Below are positions 49,142-64,000 of a stretch of 64,000 nucleotides of DNA, piece after piece. The notes under the pieces are model-generated. The model saw only the letters and a list, made by a program, of their open reading frames with translations, was not told the DNA's origin and did no database searches. The translations under genes and the position numbers were made by a program. This DNA is from Chrysomallon squamiferum (taxonomy: Eukaryota; Animalia; Mollusca): positions 20,522,001 through 20,586,000 of the forward strand of contig CM022673.1 in the NCBI GenBank assembly GCA_012295275.1, given 5' to 3'. Numbering within the stretch: the first letter of the stretch is position 1; each line of letters begins with the position of its first letter.

Positions 49142-52100
49142 AAGCACAAACTGTCTTATATTTTTCTTTTCAAAATGACACTAATACCATGAAATTAAAA
49201 ATAAATTAAAATTGCTATAATTTCAAATACAAAAGTGTCATATTTTTTCATCACTTTTATGCCTTCTGCTAGTTTTGTTTGGTGTGACACTAGTTTACCA
49301 AATCTACAACTGCTGCTGCCATAGCTACTTGTATTTCCTTTGCCACGACTACTACTGCTATTATACAGACATCAAACTACCAATAACATTACTTCAGTTA
49401 CAACTGCTTTTCTGTTACTCTTACTGCTGCTGCCACTACTACTTGTACTGCTACTATGGCTGTTACTACTACTATTACTATTACTACCAGTACCAGTACT
49501 ACAACTACAACCATCGCCACTACTACTACTATTACTGCTACTAATATTACTACTACTAGTAAAGCTATTACTACTTAGATACTAGTAAGATATAGTCACT
49601 TACCTAATGTTGGATCGTATTCCCAAATAAACCTTTTTGTCAGAAAACGAACAACGAGAGCTAAAAATGAATTAAAAACAAGTATGTACAATCAGAAATA
49701 AAAACAAATATTACAAACAGAATTAAAAACAAGTATGTATAAATGTATGTACATATGTATGTAGGTGTTTGTATGTACATACGTATGTGTGTTTGTGTAT
49801 ACATGTTTGTAGTATGTTTGTATTTGTGTAATTACACATTTAGTTTAGTGGTTCGTACATTATTTCCCTCATTTACACTAAGAAACCAAGTTAATAGGTG
49901 AAACAAAACAACGACAAAAGAAATTTACTAGCAAAAATTGTTAACCGCAAATGAAAGAACAACAAAATCGACAAAATATAAGAGAAATTCCCAAGCGTAG
50001 TTAAGATAGCTGAAATATTGTTTTTCCATTTGTGCACGAGCGGAGTAGCGCCAGTGGATTAACGTACTCCGAGCAGTCAGTCACGTAGTATGTGGTAAGT
50101 AACAGCAGAATACAACAATAAACGTTAAAACATTGCCAGAAATGTTGCACTCAGGACTAACTGATAATGTGCATGTCGTGATCAGTCTTAAGGATGTTTG
50201 GCTGATTTGCCAGAAGACAACCACGTTTCTTTTTTTTAAGGGGTTGGCCAAATGACTCGGTAAGAGAAAATTAAATGATGGATTAGATGGCCAATTAAAA
50301 GGCAATACTTAGGTATTAAACTCTTCAATGTATTAAATAATGTCGTGTGCATATAATGCTCAGTATGACATCTCGGAATCCTTTGATTACATGTTAACTG
50401 CTTAGTAAAAATGTTGGTCACCGACACGAAATGAGACCGATAAAAGTGAAGAAGATAATATTTTAGGCATTTTGTTGTAACCGTTAAAACACCGCTTCTA
50501 TCTTCGACATCGCGTTCCATTTTTTCCGAAAACCGTTATCTAGTAACTGATTTACTAAATACTCTTTAAAAGGACTCTCATGATGACGTTTATTGATATC
50601 AATGTGGGAGAGATGTTTTAAAAGAATTTTATGAAACCAATAGAAGCGCGTGTTCTCAAATGAACCAATCTAGACAGGTGTTAGAAAATCATGTAAAAAG
50701 AACCAGTCAGGATTTGCGTAATAAAAACTTTTGGCTAATCTAATTTACGTTCTGTTACTTTGACTGATTTATCTGACGTGCAATAAACCGTGTAATACTG
50801 CACGTGCTTACCGAGAAAATGGAGTCATATATAACATCTTATCTAAAGATCATTAATTTCTGCATCTTCCTCTGACTTCTAGAGTTCTATATCGCTGCGT
50901 TTATCATTTGACCCTCTTCAGTTAACCTTTTAAGCGGCAAAAACAGCGTAATAACTTTCTAGTAATCTAATAATCTAAATATATTACTATGGAATTCCTG
51001 AAAAACAAGCATTAGCCATAAATGTCAGGACCGATTCTTTGCTGAAATGACCAAAGAAGAATTTTATAAAAATGCTACTGTTAGAAAAATAACCCTTATT
51101 GTTATTGCCAAACAACAACAACTATTACCACCACCACTGCTACTACTACAACCATCTTTATTACAACTATCATGGATGCTGCTGCTACTGATATGTTTCC
51201 AGTCGAAAAATTCTGACGGCAAATTTTTAATACCAGAATATTCAGACTATTAGCATCTGTGCCTTTGCTGTTGCTACTACTGCTGCTACTTTTAATACTA
51301 GTACTGATACTAAGAACGAGACTAATACTGTACCATTCTTTCTACCAATAAAAGGAAGGGGTTGGTGGTGTGAAGACTACTACTGGAGATGTTATTCTTA
51401 GATTCACATTCACGTAACGGATCTATTTTTTTCAAAATGTATATTAATTTTTCTTTAATGCAGACCTCACATATCCGCTGTTAAATATTCTCAGCACACC
51501 ATTAAAATATATTTTTAATACGCGTTTTAAACCTATGCTAAATTTTTCGTCAAACTAAATTTCTGGTAGATACACAGATGTACAGTCCGAATTTATTAAA
51601 AATAAATCTGTTATATTATCCTAAATTAGCAGATTTAATGTTCGTAAATATTAGTATTATCTTTAATAATATTAAGCATTACTTTTCACAACTAGCCGTA
51701 CATGCTAATTCACAGAACGATGTTGAGACGTTCAGTTAGAACCTCTAAACGCGTAGTCTCAACATGGATGACAGTGCTGTGCTGACCTTCAGTGAACCCT
51801 AATTATAATTTATAAATAAACGTGTCAGACTGGGGCACGATCATTGTGTTCTGCAGGCAGGCCAAGAGCAGTTAGCATGTTGGCATTTGTCACTTACCTG
51901 TTACTCAGTTTGAGATTTAAGGAACAATCAAATGTAACACCGGGCTTTAATGAGAGCAGTGTTTCGTAATCTGTTTAGAGGTATGACTTTGTAGGTGAAT
52001 AAGTTAAATCGATGTTTATGTTATTCAACTTTAAAGAAAGAACTCGACAGAAGTGATGAAAACTGACACGCTGACGCTTTCACAATTTCAAATTTCTGAT

Positions 52101-54660
52101 TTGAATGTTTAAAAATGTACATACAAATTGTTACAGTATTACATCAACAATAATACCACTTGGACTATGACAATAACTACTACTAGAACTACTACCACTA
52201 CCACTACTGTTATTTATTTTATGAATTATCCAGTGGTACAGAACTGTTGACTATAATAATTTTGCGAACGCTATTTTTGTTTGTTTGTTTGGGTGGGTTT
52301 CTTTTTTCTTTTTTCTTTATGGCGGGTTAAATTCCTTTCAGTTAAATCCATTTTAGTGAAGTACAATTATTTATTTATTTATTTTATTAATATTATTATT
52401 TTATTTATTTAGTTTATTAATATTATTATTTTATTTATTTAGTTTATTAATATTATTATTTTATTTATTTATTTATTTTTTTTTTTTTAAATCTCCTATG
52501 TTCCTCTGGATTTAAAAGAACTGGTACAGATTGCCGAAACTTTAAAATGGATATAGCTGTTAGAAGATTCGAACTGACGTCACTGAAAGCAACTGCCGTT
52601 ATTTCCCAGTCCAGCTGCGCTATGATACGCGCACTGTCTTGGAAGAAAACCCAGACATTTAATATGTTAAGCTGTACAAAAATAAATAAATACAACTAAA
52701 TATCGTTTAAATATAATGTATGTTCAAACAAATAAGGAAGGAAGAAAAGTTTTGTAAATATTAAAGAATCAACTTCAAAAAGTTAAGGAAAAACAAAAAG
52801 CATAAAAAAACAAATGAAACAAAAGGAGGGAAGAAAACAAGAAAAATATGTTTAAAAAAAAATTAAATGGTTTAATCCAGCCAAAATATAACCCTAGAAC
52901 GCTAGTTAAAATGTATTTACAATTTAAAAAGAAAATAAATAAAAGAAGAAAATAAGAAGAAAATAAGAAGAAAAAAAAAAAGAAAGAAAAAAGAAAACAT
53001 GGAAAAGATTGCAAAGCATGTTTTTGCATGTCTAAGAAATGATAACGTTATCCTTTTACAAGAAAAACACGAGTTGTTATCTCCATTCTTCATAACGTTT
53101 CCCACGTTATGCAGCAGTCAGACATCTTGTCGAAGATTTCATTTATTTTTTAACTTGATCAAATACACCAATCCCCCGAAATAACTTTTATTCATCGAAA
53201 GGCGATAAAGAATGAAACCAGCTATTGCATACCCCTTGAATTGTCATTGTTGCATCAGTTTGTTTGCTGCGGTTTTGGCAAATTTAAAACAGAAAAAACA
53301 CACAAAAAAACAAATAACATACTGTTCATTTTAAATCGCTCCCGCTAATATGGTGTTTATATTCATAACAATAAAATAATAATAATTAAAAAAAAATACC
53401 CCCATCACACCAAGTTATATTCAAAACCATCTCTTTCAAAATACATGTACTCCTGTAAAGCTACAAAACCTTTTTTTTCAGTTTCGCTAAATTTAAAACG
53501 TATCAACGATATTAATAACAACAACAACAACAGAGCAAATTGACCATTAAGGCATTCTAAAAATGATAAGTAATATAGAAAGAAAAACAGAAAAAATAAA
53601 ATAATTTGTTATTATTTCAGTTATGCACGTTCTTATGTTAAAGTCAATTCAGCTGTTTTCACTAATATAAATGCTATTACTACTACTACTATTACTAATA
53701 TATATGCTATGACTACTACTACTACTATTACTACTAATCACTATTATTATCATTATCATTATGTTTTCATGTTAAGTTAATTCAGCTGTTTTTATTAATA
53801 TAAATGCTATTACTGCTACTACTACTGCTATTACTAATATAAATGATATTACTGCTACTACTACTACTACTATTACTAATATAAATGCTATTACTACTAC
53901 TACTACTACTATTACTAATATAAATGCTATTACTACTACTAGTACTACTAATAATCACTATTATTATCATCATCGTTATGTTGTTGTTGTTGTTACTACT
54001 GCTGCTGCTGATGATGATGATGACGGTGTTTCACAGTTTAATAATACAGTAAGACAATTAGCATGAAAGTTGTAGTTTTGCGTGCATCACCATGCTACCG
54101 CTGAACCATCCGCCGAAATAAAAAAATAAAAATAAAAATAAAAAAAAATGTCATTAAACAAAACAAATTCCTTTTATACCAAAATATATCACAATAATTG
54201 CAACAACAAAAAATTAAAAATTAAATTAAAATTTTAAATTTTTTTATATAATTATTTGACGATTATGTTATATTTGACCATATTGTTGCAGATATATTAG
54301 TGTGAAACTGCCGTTCTCTGTTCCTATGCGTTCCACTGATTAACTAAATAAACTATGAAAAAAAAGAAAAAAAAAAAAATACTATGCATCTGCCCCTTGC
54401 TACTAAGCTGACACTGATGTAATTTTCTCTGATAGATATAACATACGTGTCTGTTTACTAATTACAAACTGTGGAAATGTAAATTATCCAGATTTCCGGT
54501 TCTTACACGCATTCTGCTCTTCAGGTGCGATTTGCTGTAAGGTGGAACGATAGGAGAAACGAAAATCACTGCTAAGATCGATTATCATCAATTGGATGAC
54601 GTCACAAGAAAAACCTTGCCATGTTAAACGTTCAGGTTTTACCTAATGAATTTCAGCCAT

Positions 54661-54716
<56 letters not shown>

Positions 54717-55413
54717 GAAGATTAAACAGAAAGAAAACAAAATGGAAAGATAAAGGAGAGAAAAAAAGGTAAATAAATAAGATTGTTTATGAGTAAGATA
54801 AGAAAACATAATAATTTAGCTCATTAAATGTTTTTGCAACTGAATCGCGAATTTTAAATTGCTAAAAACAACAATAAAAAATGTATGCTAATGTTAACAA
54901 TGACATAAGTCAAAGTAATTTGTATTTAATGTGGAAATATTCGGGTATTTTTTAAAAAGTTAGAAAGAAATAAAAAATAAAGAAATAAAGAATGTAAAAA
55001 GAAAAGAAAAAATCACTTAATATGAAAATGTCGTAAATTACATTTCAGAAACTGTAAAAGTCATATTTGCTTTTAAATTACTGAAAATTCTGGCTTAATA
55101 TATATATTCAACAGAAATAAACGGCTGATTTATAACCTAAGGAAAAAAAATGAGTATGTGGTACTTGTACGTGCACGTGCATTGCATACATGCATCTAAG
55201 TGTGGTGTATGTACATAAACCGAGATATATATACACACACTAATATTCCATGATTGTAAAACCAGTTAGTTAATTAAATCATAGTAATTAATGTATTCAT
55301 AAAGTTAGAGAAAAGAAAAAATTTAAAAAAAAGGTCTTACCTGATTTTCCTACGCCTGTTTTCCCAATCACGACAATTTTACTGTCAGACTTTCCTTTCC
55401 CATTGGATGTCAT
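48024..55413 (-). CDS. RERG: Ras-related and estrogen-regulated growth inhibitor (RERG), 206 aa, 4 coding exons
   Basis: Exons (minus) 55413-55341, 49660-49604, 48742-48669, 48440-48024. [28 protein letters not shown] is the RERG signature; also [31 protein letters not shown]; no CAAX box, as in RERG. Confidence 0.93.
49047..49138. repeat. (AG)n microsatellite in RERG intron 2
   Basis: Direct reading. Confidence 0.95.
49305..49575. repeat. Degenerate (ACT/GCT)n trinucleotide tract
   Basis: Imperfect CTA/CTG/TTA runs; source of the spurious poly-Y and poly-L ORFs. Confidence 0.85.
52370..52480. repeat. 30-bp AT-rich minisatellite, about 3 copies
   Basis: TTTATTAATATTATTATTTTATTTATTTAG repeated. 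Confidence 0.8.
53630..54025. repeat. Minisatellite (TAATATAAATGCTATTACTACT..., about 33-40 bp) nested in a larger duplication
   Basis: Unit recurs several times; AATTCAGCTGTTTT occurs near 53645 and 53779. Confidence 0.8.
54664..54712. repeat. (CA)n microsatellite
   Basis: Direct reading. Confidence 0.95.
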
Positions 55414-55466
55414 GATGTTGAAATAATTTCCCAGTAACAACACAATGAGTAAAGAACACGTTAAAC

Positions 55467-55505
<39 letters not shown>

Positions 55506-56590
55506 GTCTTTCGTTCATTATACAAACTTTCACCTTTCTCAAACGCACGGCGTCATTTTTTATCTGAAGTCCAGAAAAAAAGTCAGAAAAGTTTGAATCA
55601 TGAGGGGTCACTAAGCAGCTCATTTACGAAGCAAATTAATAACTGTCAAACTTTAACTTTCTCCGAAAATATACGAGCTTAAGAAATTAGATGTTATCTT
55701 GTTACTCTTAAGCAGAGTTATGTTTTGAGAGCTGTTGGCGCCTTTCTGGACTCGATCTGACTTCTACGTTACACAGAAACACTGCAAGTCTGAACCGCCT
55801 CACAAAAACTTCTTTCTTTACCCGTCAGATTGCATCAGATCAATGGTTATCTTTCAGACGATTTTCTGACTTGTTCCGCGTAGTCTGAAATCAAATCTCA
55901 ACAGTCTGGGATTTCGCTGGTATCGGATAAGCGGAACCTGTAAATAAAACATTTATTGTGTTAGATAACCCCTAATTAATGTTTTCATTTGTTTGGCAAC
56001 AACAGTTCTTTGCAGGTGCCCGTGCAGCGTGTGCACGAAGTCTCGTTCGCAGTGTTACGAGTGAAACCAGTAACGAGGTACGCTTAGGGTAGTGTTTGGG
56101 AATACAGTTTATCATCTTACCTGTCATAGATTCGATAATTACAGGGCATCAGGCTTTTCAGCAAGTTAGTTAAAAAACAAGTGGCGGTCTATTAATCATA
56201 CAAAGTACAGTCTTCGTGCGAGCAAGCTGCAGGGACGTGTTAAACGTTACAGTGAAACTCGATATGCATGTGTGAATTTACGTCTACGTTTAAGCATGGT
56301 TGCAGTCGTATAATCCGATGTAATAATTTGCAACATGAAATAATAAAAAAGGTGTATTATAATAAATGATATAATAAATAACATGAAACAATTCAACAGA
56401 AAAAATCCCTGAACTGAATGCACATTATTTGAATCTACAGTTAAACTGAAATGTGTTCACAAGTATATACAAGTGTTATCTGTAGATACATATCTAGGCA
56501 GTGAGACTGCATATATAAAACTATGGTATTTTATATCAATACGTTACGGTAACAAAAAATAGTTATACAAATTTATTATATCTCCTCCAA

Positions 56591-56646
56591 CAGGATTTGA
56601 ACGAGAATCTCCAGACTAAGAGTTCAGTGCCCAACCAAATAAGCTA
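56591..56646 (-). mobile_element. tRNA-derived SINE head relic
   Basis: Minus strand TAGCTTATTTGGTTGGGCACTGAACTCTTAGTCTGGAGATTCTCGTTCAAATCCTG: A-box-like start and B box GTTCAAATCC at tRNA spacing; no intact cloverleaf. Confidence 0.5.
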
Positions 56647-57878
56647 ATAATAAAATCCTTTGCATCTTTACATCTAACATTAGTTATATATATATATATA
56701 TTTTTTTTCTTCTATTATAATCTGATAAAATATATAATCTGATAAAATATATAAAATATATAAAATACGTACTAGCTATCTTAAACGAATAACGTACTTC
56801 TTTGTTTGTACATTCCCTTGTGCGGTATCAGGTAACACAACTTAATATCCACATGTATTTACTCTGGAGACACCACAAGGCATTTTACTCCGCTCCTGCA
56901 TGAGATTTCTGCCAGATATGTGTCATAACAGTCGGAATAGTCTGATGGTGTTGTTCTAGAATCGCGAGGAAACGGGTCACATTATTTTAGGTAGGAGGAG
57001 ATGAGAGAGAAAAATATAGGTTATAATCTGAAATTAGGCGTTTACCCGTTTTATCTTCCAGTTCAGACATCTGAGTAAATTTATCGAAAGGTTTCATCAC
57101 CAGTGCAGTCGTATTTCCTCTTCTACTTCCTCTTTACACACACACACACACACACATACATATACATACACACCATTTAACACACACACATATATATAAA
57201 ATATATAAAATAGATATCGTATCTGTATAAAGACGTATTATGCTGCTATGTGTATATAATAAAAACAATAAAGATAATATATCAGCTACAGATTATACTT
57301 TTATTTTCGTGCTTTATTTTTGTTTATTATTAATATTTATTTCATTTTTTTTTTTTTTTTTTTTTTTTTGGTTTGTTTGTTTTTCCCTATCGTGTCTGGA
57401 TTTCAGCAAAGTTTTGATGAGGCTGATACTGTAAGAAGGAAAAGAGTTTGACTATGAAGAAAAACCGAAATCAGTGGAAAAATATTGTGCAGGCAGAGGC
57501 CGCCCCTTTCTTCCCGCATCCGCCTTTCGTATCAGATATCTGCGAGTTCTTAGTACAGTATTATTTATGTACTGCTTTCTACTACCCACATACATTTGTT
57601 GTGTATATCTTTTAAGTAAATACCGGCGTACACACGTGTGGCGTAATAGCACACACACACAGAGTAGAGTAATAATGAACCTACAACAAGAGTACGCGGT
57701 AAAGAAATGCAAAGTGGTCTGCAAAGGGCAAACGAGGACATGTTTTGTTTGTCTGAAACGCACCTAACTGAACTCAGGCAAGTCATTACTTTGCAAAACC
57801 TGATCAACATGAACAGCACACAGCTGAAAGTGAAAAAATGTATGTGTAAGGATTACAGGTGTGGGTATAGCGATCGAA

Positions 57879-58323
<445 letters not shown>

Positions 58324-59524
58324 AAATACGATTTAGGTTACTATAAAGCAATTTAGGTATAAACATGTTAATGAAAAGTATTTCCTTTTAAATTAATTAA
58401 CTAAATTATTTCATATGAAAAAAAACTAAAATTTTATGAATCTGAGAATATTAGTCATTTCGTAAATAACTTAGTGTCAAACATTAGATATAGAAATCAA
58501 GTTAAACAAAGAAATAAGTAAGTTAATCGGTGAAATAAGTCAAAGTAAATAAATAAATGTGTGAACTTATGCCAATACCTGAAATAAAATTTCATATGCT
58601 ATACAATAAGCAAAAGCAACATTAAAATAAATGAATTAATTTTTACCTGTGATTTTTGTTTCATTCAACAGCTACATGAAGTTTCAGAATCGAAACAAAT
58701 CCAACTGGATGTTTAAAACGACGTGCTAACAAAATGAACGCTCCCTACAAAAGCAATCGGAAAAGTGTTTTACGCGAAACATCAAACCCTTTGTTTTCAC
58801 TTCATTCCTTCGGTACTTCCCGATAATCTCCGGAGACTCGGTTCCAGCTGCTAAGTAAATGTATTCCAGACTGCGCTGTCGAGCTTGAAAGGAGATGATT
58901 GACAGGGAGTTGCTCGTGCGGTGTTGGGACACGACTTTGCAGTTAGTAATTCTTGAGTACACTCCACGTCCCAATAGTCTTCATTTTATTTGTCATTTCG
59001 TTTCATTTAGTTATTTTTATTGTTGCCGCTGTTTATATAATATATATATTTTTAAAATTTATTTTCACTTCATAATGAAACTTATTTAGTCTTAAAAATT
59101 TAATCCTAAAAACAACATCAGCTACGCTCCCCCTCTTTCAGAAATCACAGCTTTAGTGATTAGACAGCATTTTTACTTGTGTGGCATTAATATATATAAA
59201 AAAGAATAAAAAATAAAATATCAACTTAACAACTTAAGAAATGATAACGTAAATATTTTTCCAATATGTATGAGTATTGTGGTATAGTGTAATGTAGTGT
59301 GGCATAATGAGCAATATCATTCTTATAGAATGGCTTAATTTGATATACTATAGCATTCTAAGCAGTGTATTAGCCTATAGTGAAGAATAACAAACAAACA
59401 AACAAAAAACGCTGAACTGTTGCTGATAGAATATGTGTACGTGCGTTCATGTATATTCTATGTGTGTTCTCTGTGTGTATGAGTCTATCTATATATATGT
59501 CTCGCTTTGAGTGCAGAGAGTGAT

Positions 59525-59811
<287 letters not shown>

Positions 59812-60264
59812 AACAAATGCTCCTTTCTCGACACAAAACACCAGATCAGTGTTATCATAGGAAAGGCACACAAACTGAACAAACAGAAATCATTTCCGGA
59901 CCTTTACCACTGAAGAAAGAGTTTTTCACGTGATATTCATACATCATGTTAACTGTGCCTCGAGGTGTTCGTGTTTATTTGCGTTCTAACACGTTGTTTG
60001 TCAACAGTGTCTGAACTGATGTAAATTTATACATCCTTGCTAAGTATCTACACGTTTTCCTCTTTATATGTTAAGTGATCATGCATATGAAATACACACA
60101 ATTTACAATTCTAAACGTCTCTTTCTTTCTTTCTGTTTCTCCTTCCGCCTGTTCTTCGCCCCTTTTTCTCTCTTTTGTTGCATACATAGATACACATACA
60201 AATACACAGAAAGGCATACAAATACATACATACATATTTAAAAAACATGTACACATGTAATTAC

Positions 60265-60595
60265 ATATACACATACATACATACATGCATACATTCCTAC
60301 ATACATACATACGTAAGTACATACATACATACATACATACATACATACGTACGTACGTACGTACATACATACATACATACATACATACATACATACATAC
60401 ATACATACATACATACGTACGTACATACTTACGTACATATATACATACATACATTCGTACATACACACATACATATGTACGTACGTACATACATGCATGC
60501 ATGCATACATACATACATACATACATACATTCATACATTCATACATACATACGCACATAATACATTCATACATACATACATACGTACATACATAC
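60265..60595. repeat. (TACA)n/(TACG)n tetranucleotide microsatellite
   Basis: Direct reading. Confidence 0.95.
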
Positions 60596-60944
60596 AACAG
60601 TGGGAGCCATATGTTCGAGTCTCGTCAGAGGCATCTGACGGGATTTCTGAGTCGTGATGGACTTTGTCCTCCTGCGCCAGTGCGTTCCCGAGTATTTTCT
60701 ATGTGCAGACTAATCAGACATACACGTGACAGAGAATATTCAAATCCTAAAATACACACTTACGTACATTCGTATGTACATGCAAATACATAAATACATC
60801 AATCTCAAACATTAAGATTAATTCAGTTATTTGGCGACGCGTTGGACAGTGCACACAGTCTGAACGCTGTGTTTTAAGAAAGTCGTGTATTACGTGCAGT
60901 GACCACGTCAGACAAATCCGTTATAACCAAACTGTTCAAATAAA

Positions 60945-61612
60945 ACGTACTGAGCCCAACGAACGTGAACCGAAGTAGTTCGGATGAACTAAACTGACCG
61001 AAATGAACTGAAGTGATCTGAGTTGAGCTGAACTGATATTAAATTAAATTAAATTACTGAACTCGTCTCAGGCGAGCTGAACCGAGGTGATTGAATTCAA
61101 GTGAATTGAAAAAGATCGAACTGATCGAAATTTAAAAAGTTTTGAAAAGAACTGAAACGATATGGAATGTACATGGTTTTAATTAAACTCAGCTAAGAAG
61201 AACGAAGTAGAATAGATGTATATTTAAACTCAGTTCAAACAAGTGGTTGGGTTGATTAGCTTTGAACTGAACTAAAATTGACTGAGTTTTTTGTGGGGGG
61301 TTTTTTTTTTTTTTTCAAAAATGAAATCAAATGAAATGAATATAATTAAACTGAACGGAAAAACCTGATTCGGAATGCATCGTACTTTAATGAACTGAAA
61401 TGGGTATTTTAATTTTCTTGTTTTATTTTTTCTATATGAAATTAAATGAAGTGTATGTAATTAGACTGAACGAAACAAAAATGATTTGGAATATATTGTA
61501 CTTTATTGAGCTGAAATAAGGAAATAAAACGATATCGGACTGAACATAATTCTGCTGAAATATATAGATTTAACTGTACTGAACTGAACTGTACTGTACT
61601 GTAGTGAACTCT
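60945..61612. repeat. Highly degenerate (AACTG)n pentanucleotide-derived region
   Basis: Dense ACTGA/GAACT/AATGA motifs, purest at 61570-61610. Confidence 0.65.
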
Positions 61613-63004
61613 GCTGGGCTAAAATGACACTAACATAAAATATGAGTGCAGGAAACTTACAGAATACGCATTAAAATGGGAGAAAAACCACGCAACTGTA
61701 AAACAGATGCCCATGTTTGTACAGGGCGGAGTCGCCATTTTGAAAAGGAGTTCTTGGTTTACGATAAAATTTAAGTAGGTATTTTACCCTGTTTATCAGT
61801 AACATGCTTATATCACATGCAGGTGGCGCCCTTTCTCGAAGTGCAGGGCATGATCTGTTCAGATCTTGGAACAAGTTAGTTTCTAAAAATGACAAAGATG
61901 ATTTGTTTTATTTTTATTCCTGAGGTTTAGAATACATAAATTTATAACTGTATTATAATGATATGCTTATATGTGTTTATGTGTCTTTGTTATGTGTAAG
62001 TATAATACAGGTAAATGTGTATGTATGTATGTATGTACGTACGTACGTATGTAGATATATGAATATATATATATAGGTACTGAAAAATTGATGAATAGAT
62101 TATATGAATGGATTTTTACAGTTCTTTTTTTTTATCTCTCTCTTTTTTTTATATATATATTTTTTTTTTTTTTTTTTTTTTTTGGAGTTAGTCTGTGAAT
62201 TAAAAAACGAATAATAAAAAAACCCTGTGTGTGTTCTAATGGGTTTAAAACGTATAGCTTATTGCCAGTATAGACTTGCCTCGCCGACAGAACAGTGATA
62301 ATTCTGTAACAGCATCTCCGCGCCGACCAAATGTATTCCTTCCGACAAGCAACAACTGTGATTGGAGTTACCCCAGATAAAAACTGAAAAGACACCAGCG
62401 AATGCCGACGTCGAAGCCGCTAGACGTTATCTGCGTTGTTTTCACGATAAGAGAAACACTGAATCATTGACGAGGGGGAGTGGAAGCAGTCGAATAGCAG
62501 TGATGGGAAACACACAAACGAAATGCGCACTGTAAAGTAAATAAGACTGCAAACGAAACTTGAAATTAGGTAACATGCGATAATATGATATAAGGTTGTT
62601 GAAAACGTTGCTAGGAACATACCTTTACTTCCACATGTCTGTTTCTTGTTAGTGAACTAAGTGTGAGACTGCCTAATTGGGATAATGTTAAGTTTAGCAT
62701 CGCCGTATCATTTTATCGACTGTTTGTTTGCTAGGATTAAAGAGATCCTAACGTTTGTGTTTTTGTTGTTAGAATTTATTTTCAGCAAAGTTTTGTGTCC
62801 CGATATATCAAGAATAGAGTTAATCAATAATGATTATTTCACAGGTGAAAATAATTCTACATTTTGAGAAAGATTAGGGATAACGTAGCCACATCTGTTA
62901 ATAATATAAACATTTACACATACATTCAGAACATGTATGAGAGAGAGAGGTAGACACAGACAGACAGCCTCTTACCCATAACCTATACACATTTTAATGT
63001 AAAC

Positions 63005-63388
63005 GCACGTACATACATACATACGTATATACATACACACATACATACATACATATATGTAGATATATATATACATACATACATACATATATATATATAC
63101 ATACCTACATACATATATATATATACATACATACATACATACATATATATACATACCTACATACATATATATATACATATATACATACATATATACATAT
63201 ATACATACATACATACATACATATACGTAGATATATATACATATATATATACATACATACATACATATATATATACATATATACATACATATATACATGC
63301 AAACTTACTTACATACATATATACATACATACATACATACATACATACATGCATGCACAAAACACACACACACACACACACACACACA
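63005..63388. repeat. (TACA/TA)n plus (CA)n microsatellite
   Basis: Direct reading. Confidence 0.95.
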
Positions 63389-64000
63389 ACAAACCAAGGA
63401 AATAAACAAGTCTGACTATATTACTAGTACATAAAGTAAGTGTAACGTAAGACTGAATTGATTTATGGATATTTTGATGAATGGGTGGATAGACGAACAA
63501 AAATAATAATTATTATTATTCTGAAGGAAACAAAAACAAATGCATAAAAATTAACGTAACGATGAAATAGGTAGATAGCTGGACGATTAAGTAAGAAAGA
63601 AGTAACAATTGTGGTAGAAAAAATTAACTAAAAAGAAAGTAAAACAAAGTAACGAGACAATAATGATTAAATAATTTATGATCATTTCAGGTATTAGGAT
63701 ATATATATACAACAAAAAAGTAATGGAGAAGCAAGCTGGAAGGAATGCAGTCCAAATTACCACACAAATGTCATATTCGACGCGTTTTTCCAGCTCGCTC
63801 TGTGATTTACGATCACTAACTGATCTACGAAACTGTGTGACTGCTGGGAGAACATTACCAAACAATGTGTAATATTCCAGGGGCAAATGCCAGTACATAC
63901 ATCACAGCGACCAAGTGTTTAGTTCTGCTACTCTGAGAAATACGAGGTAAGCGTAACACGTAAACAACACTGGGAACACAACTGAAACATCAAGCAAACA

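Noticed and set aside
56248-56265. TACAGTGAAACTCGATAT, a pogo/Tc1-like left end
   Set aside because: No matching right TIR or transposase remnant found nearby.
57452-57819. Overlapping Cys-containing ORFs of about 100 aa
   Set aside because: No splice-consistent gene model or recognisable domain; probably non-coding.
61839-61856. AAGTGCAGGGCATG resembling the snoRNA guide or U6 antisense
   Set aside because: No box C/D context or hairpins; a short chance match.

Overview
AT-rich animal genomic DNA (invertebrate, possibly lophotrochozoan/mollusc; taxon is inference). I could splice four intron-containing genes by hand: a p24-gamma cargo receptor TMED5/TMED1-like (+, 816-5227), the Holliday-junction resolvase GEN1 (-, 17750-9806), BAZ1B/WSTF (+, 18604-41194, 33 coding exons, head-to-head with GEN1), and RERG small GTPase (-, 55413-48024). 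The standout region is inside BAZ1B. A roughly 5.4 kb tandem array (about 31.0-36.4 kb) has eight 600-750 bp units. Each unit carries the 3' 90 nt of exon 23 with its splice donor and an intact box C/D snoRNA resembling SNORD94/U94, the guide for U6 snRNA Cm62. A diverged but co-varying paralog lies two introns upstream (intron 21) and a decayed tenth copy follows the array. The duplication junctions look like new 3' splice sites, so mostly poison mini-exons may partition the array into one-snoRNA introns. BAZ1B also has a U12-type first intron, two GC-AG introns, a second PHD finger and a 277-bp duplication creating a possible in-frame 30-nt exon. Both GEN1 and BAZ1B carry a single 1-nt homopolymer frameshift, most likely assembly error. 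TE relics (THAP element, Tigger/MER46-like MITE, tRNA-derived SINE heads) and many microsatellites are present. All homologies were recognised from memory; no searches were run.
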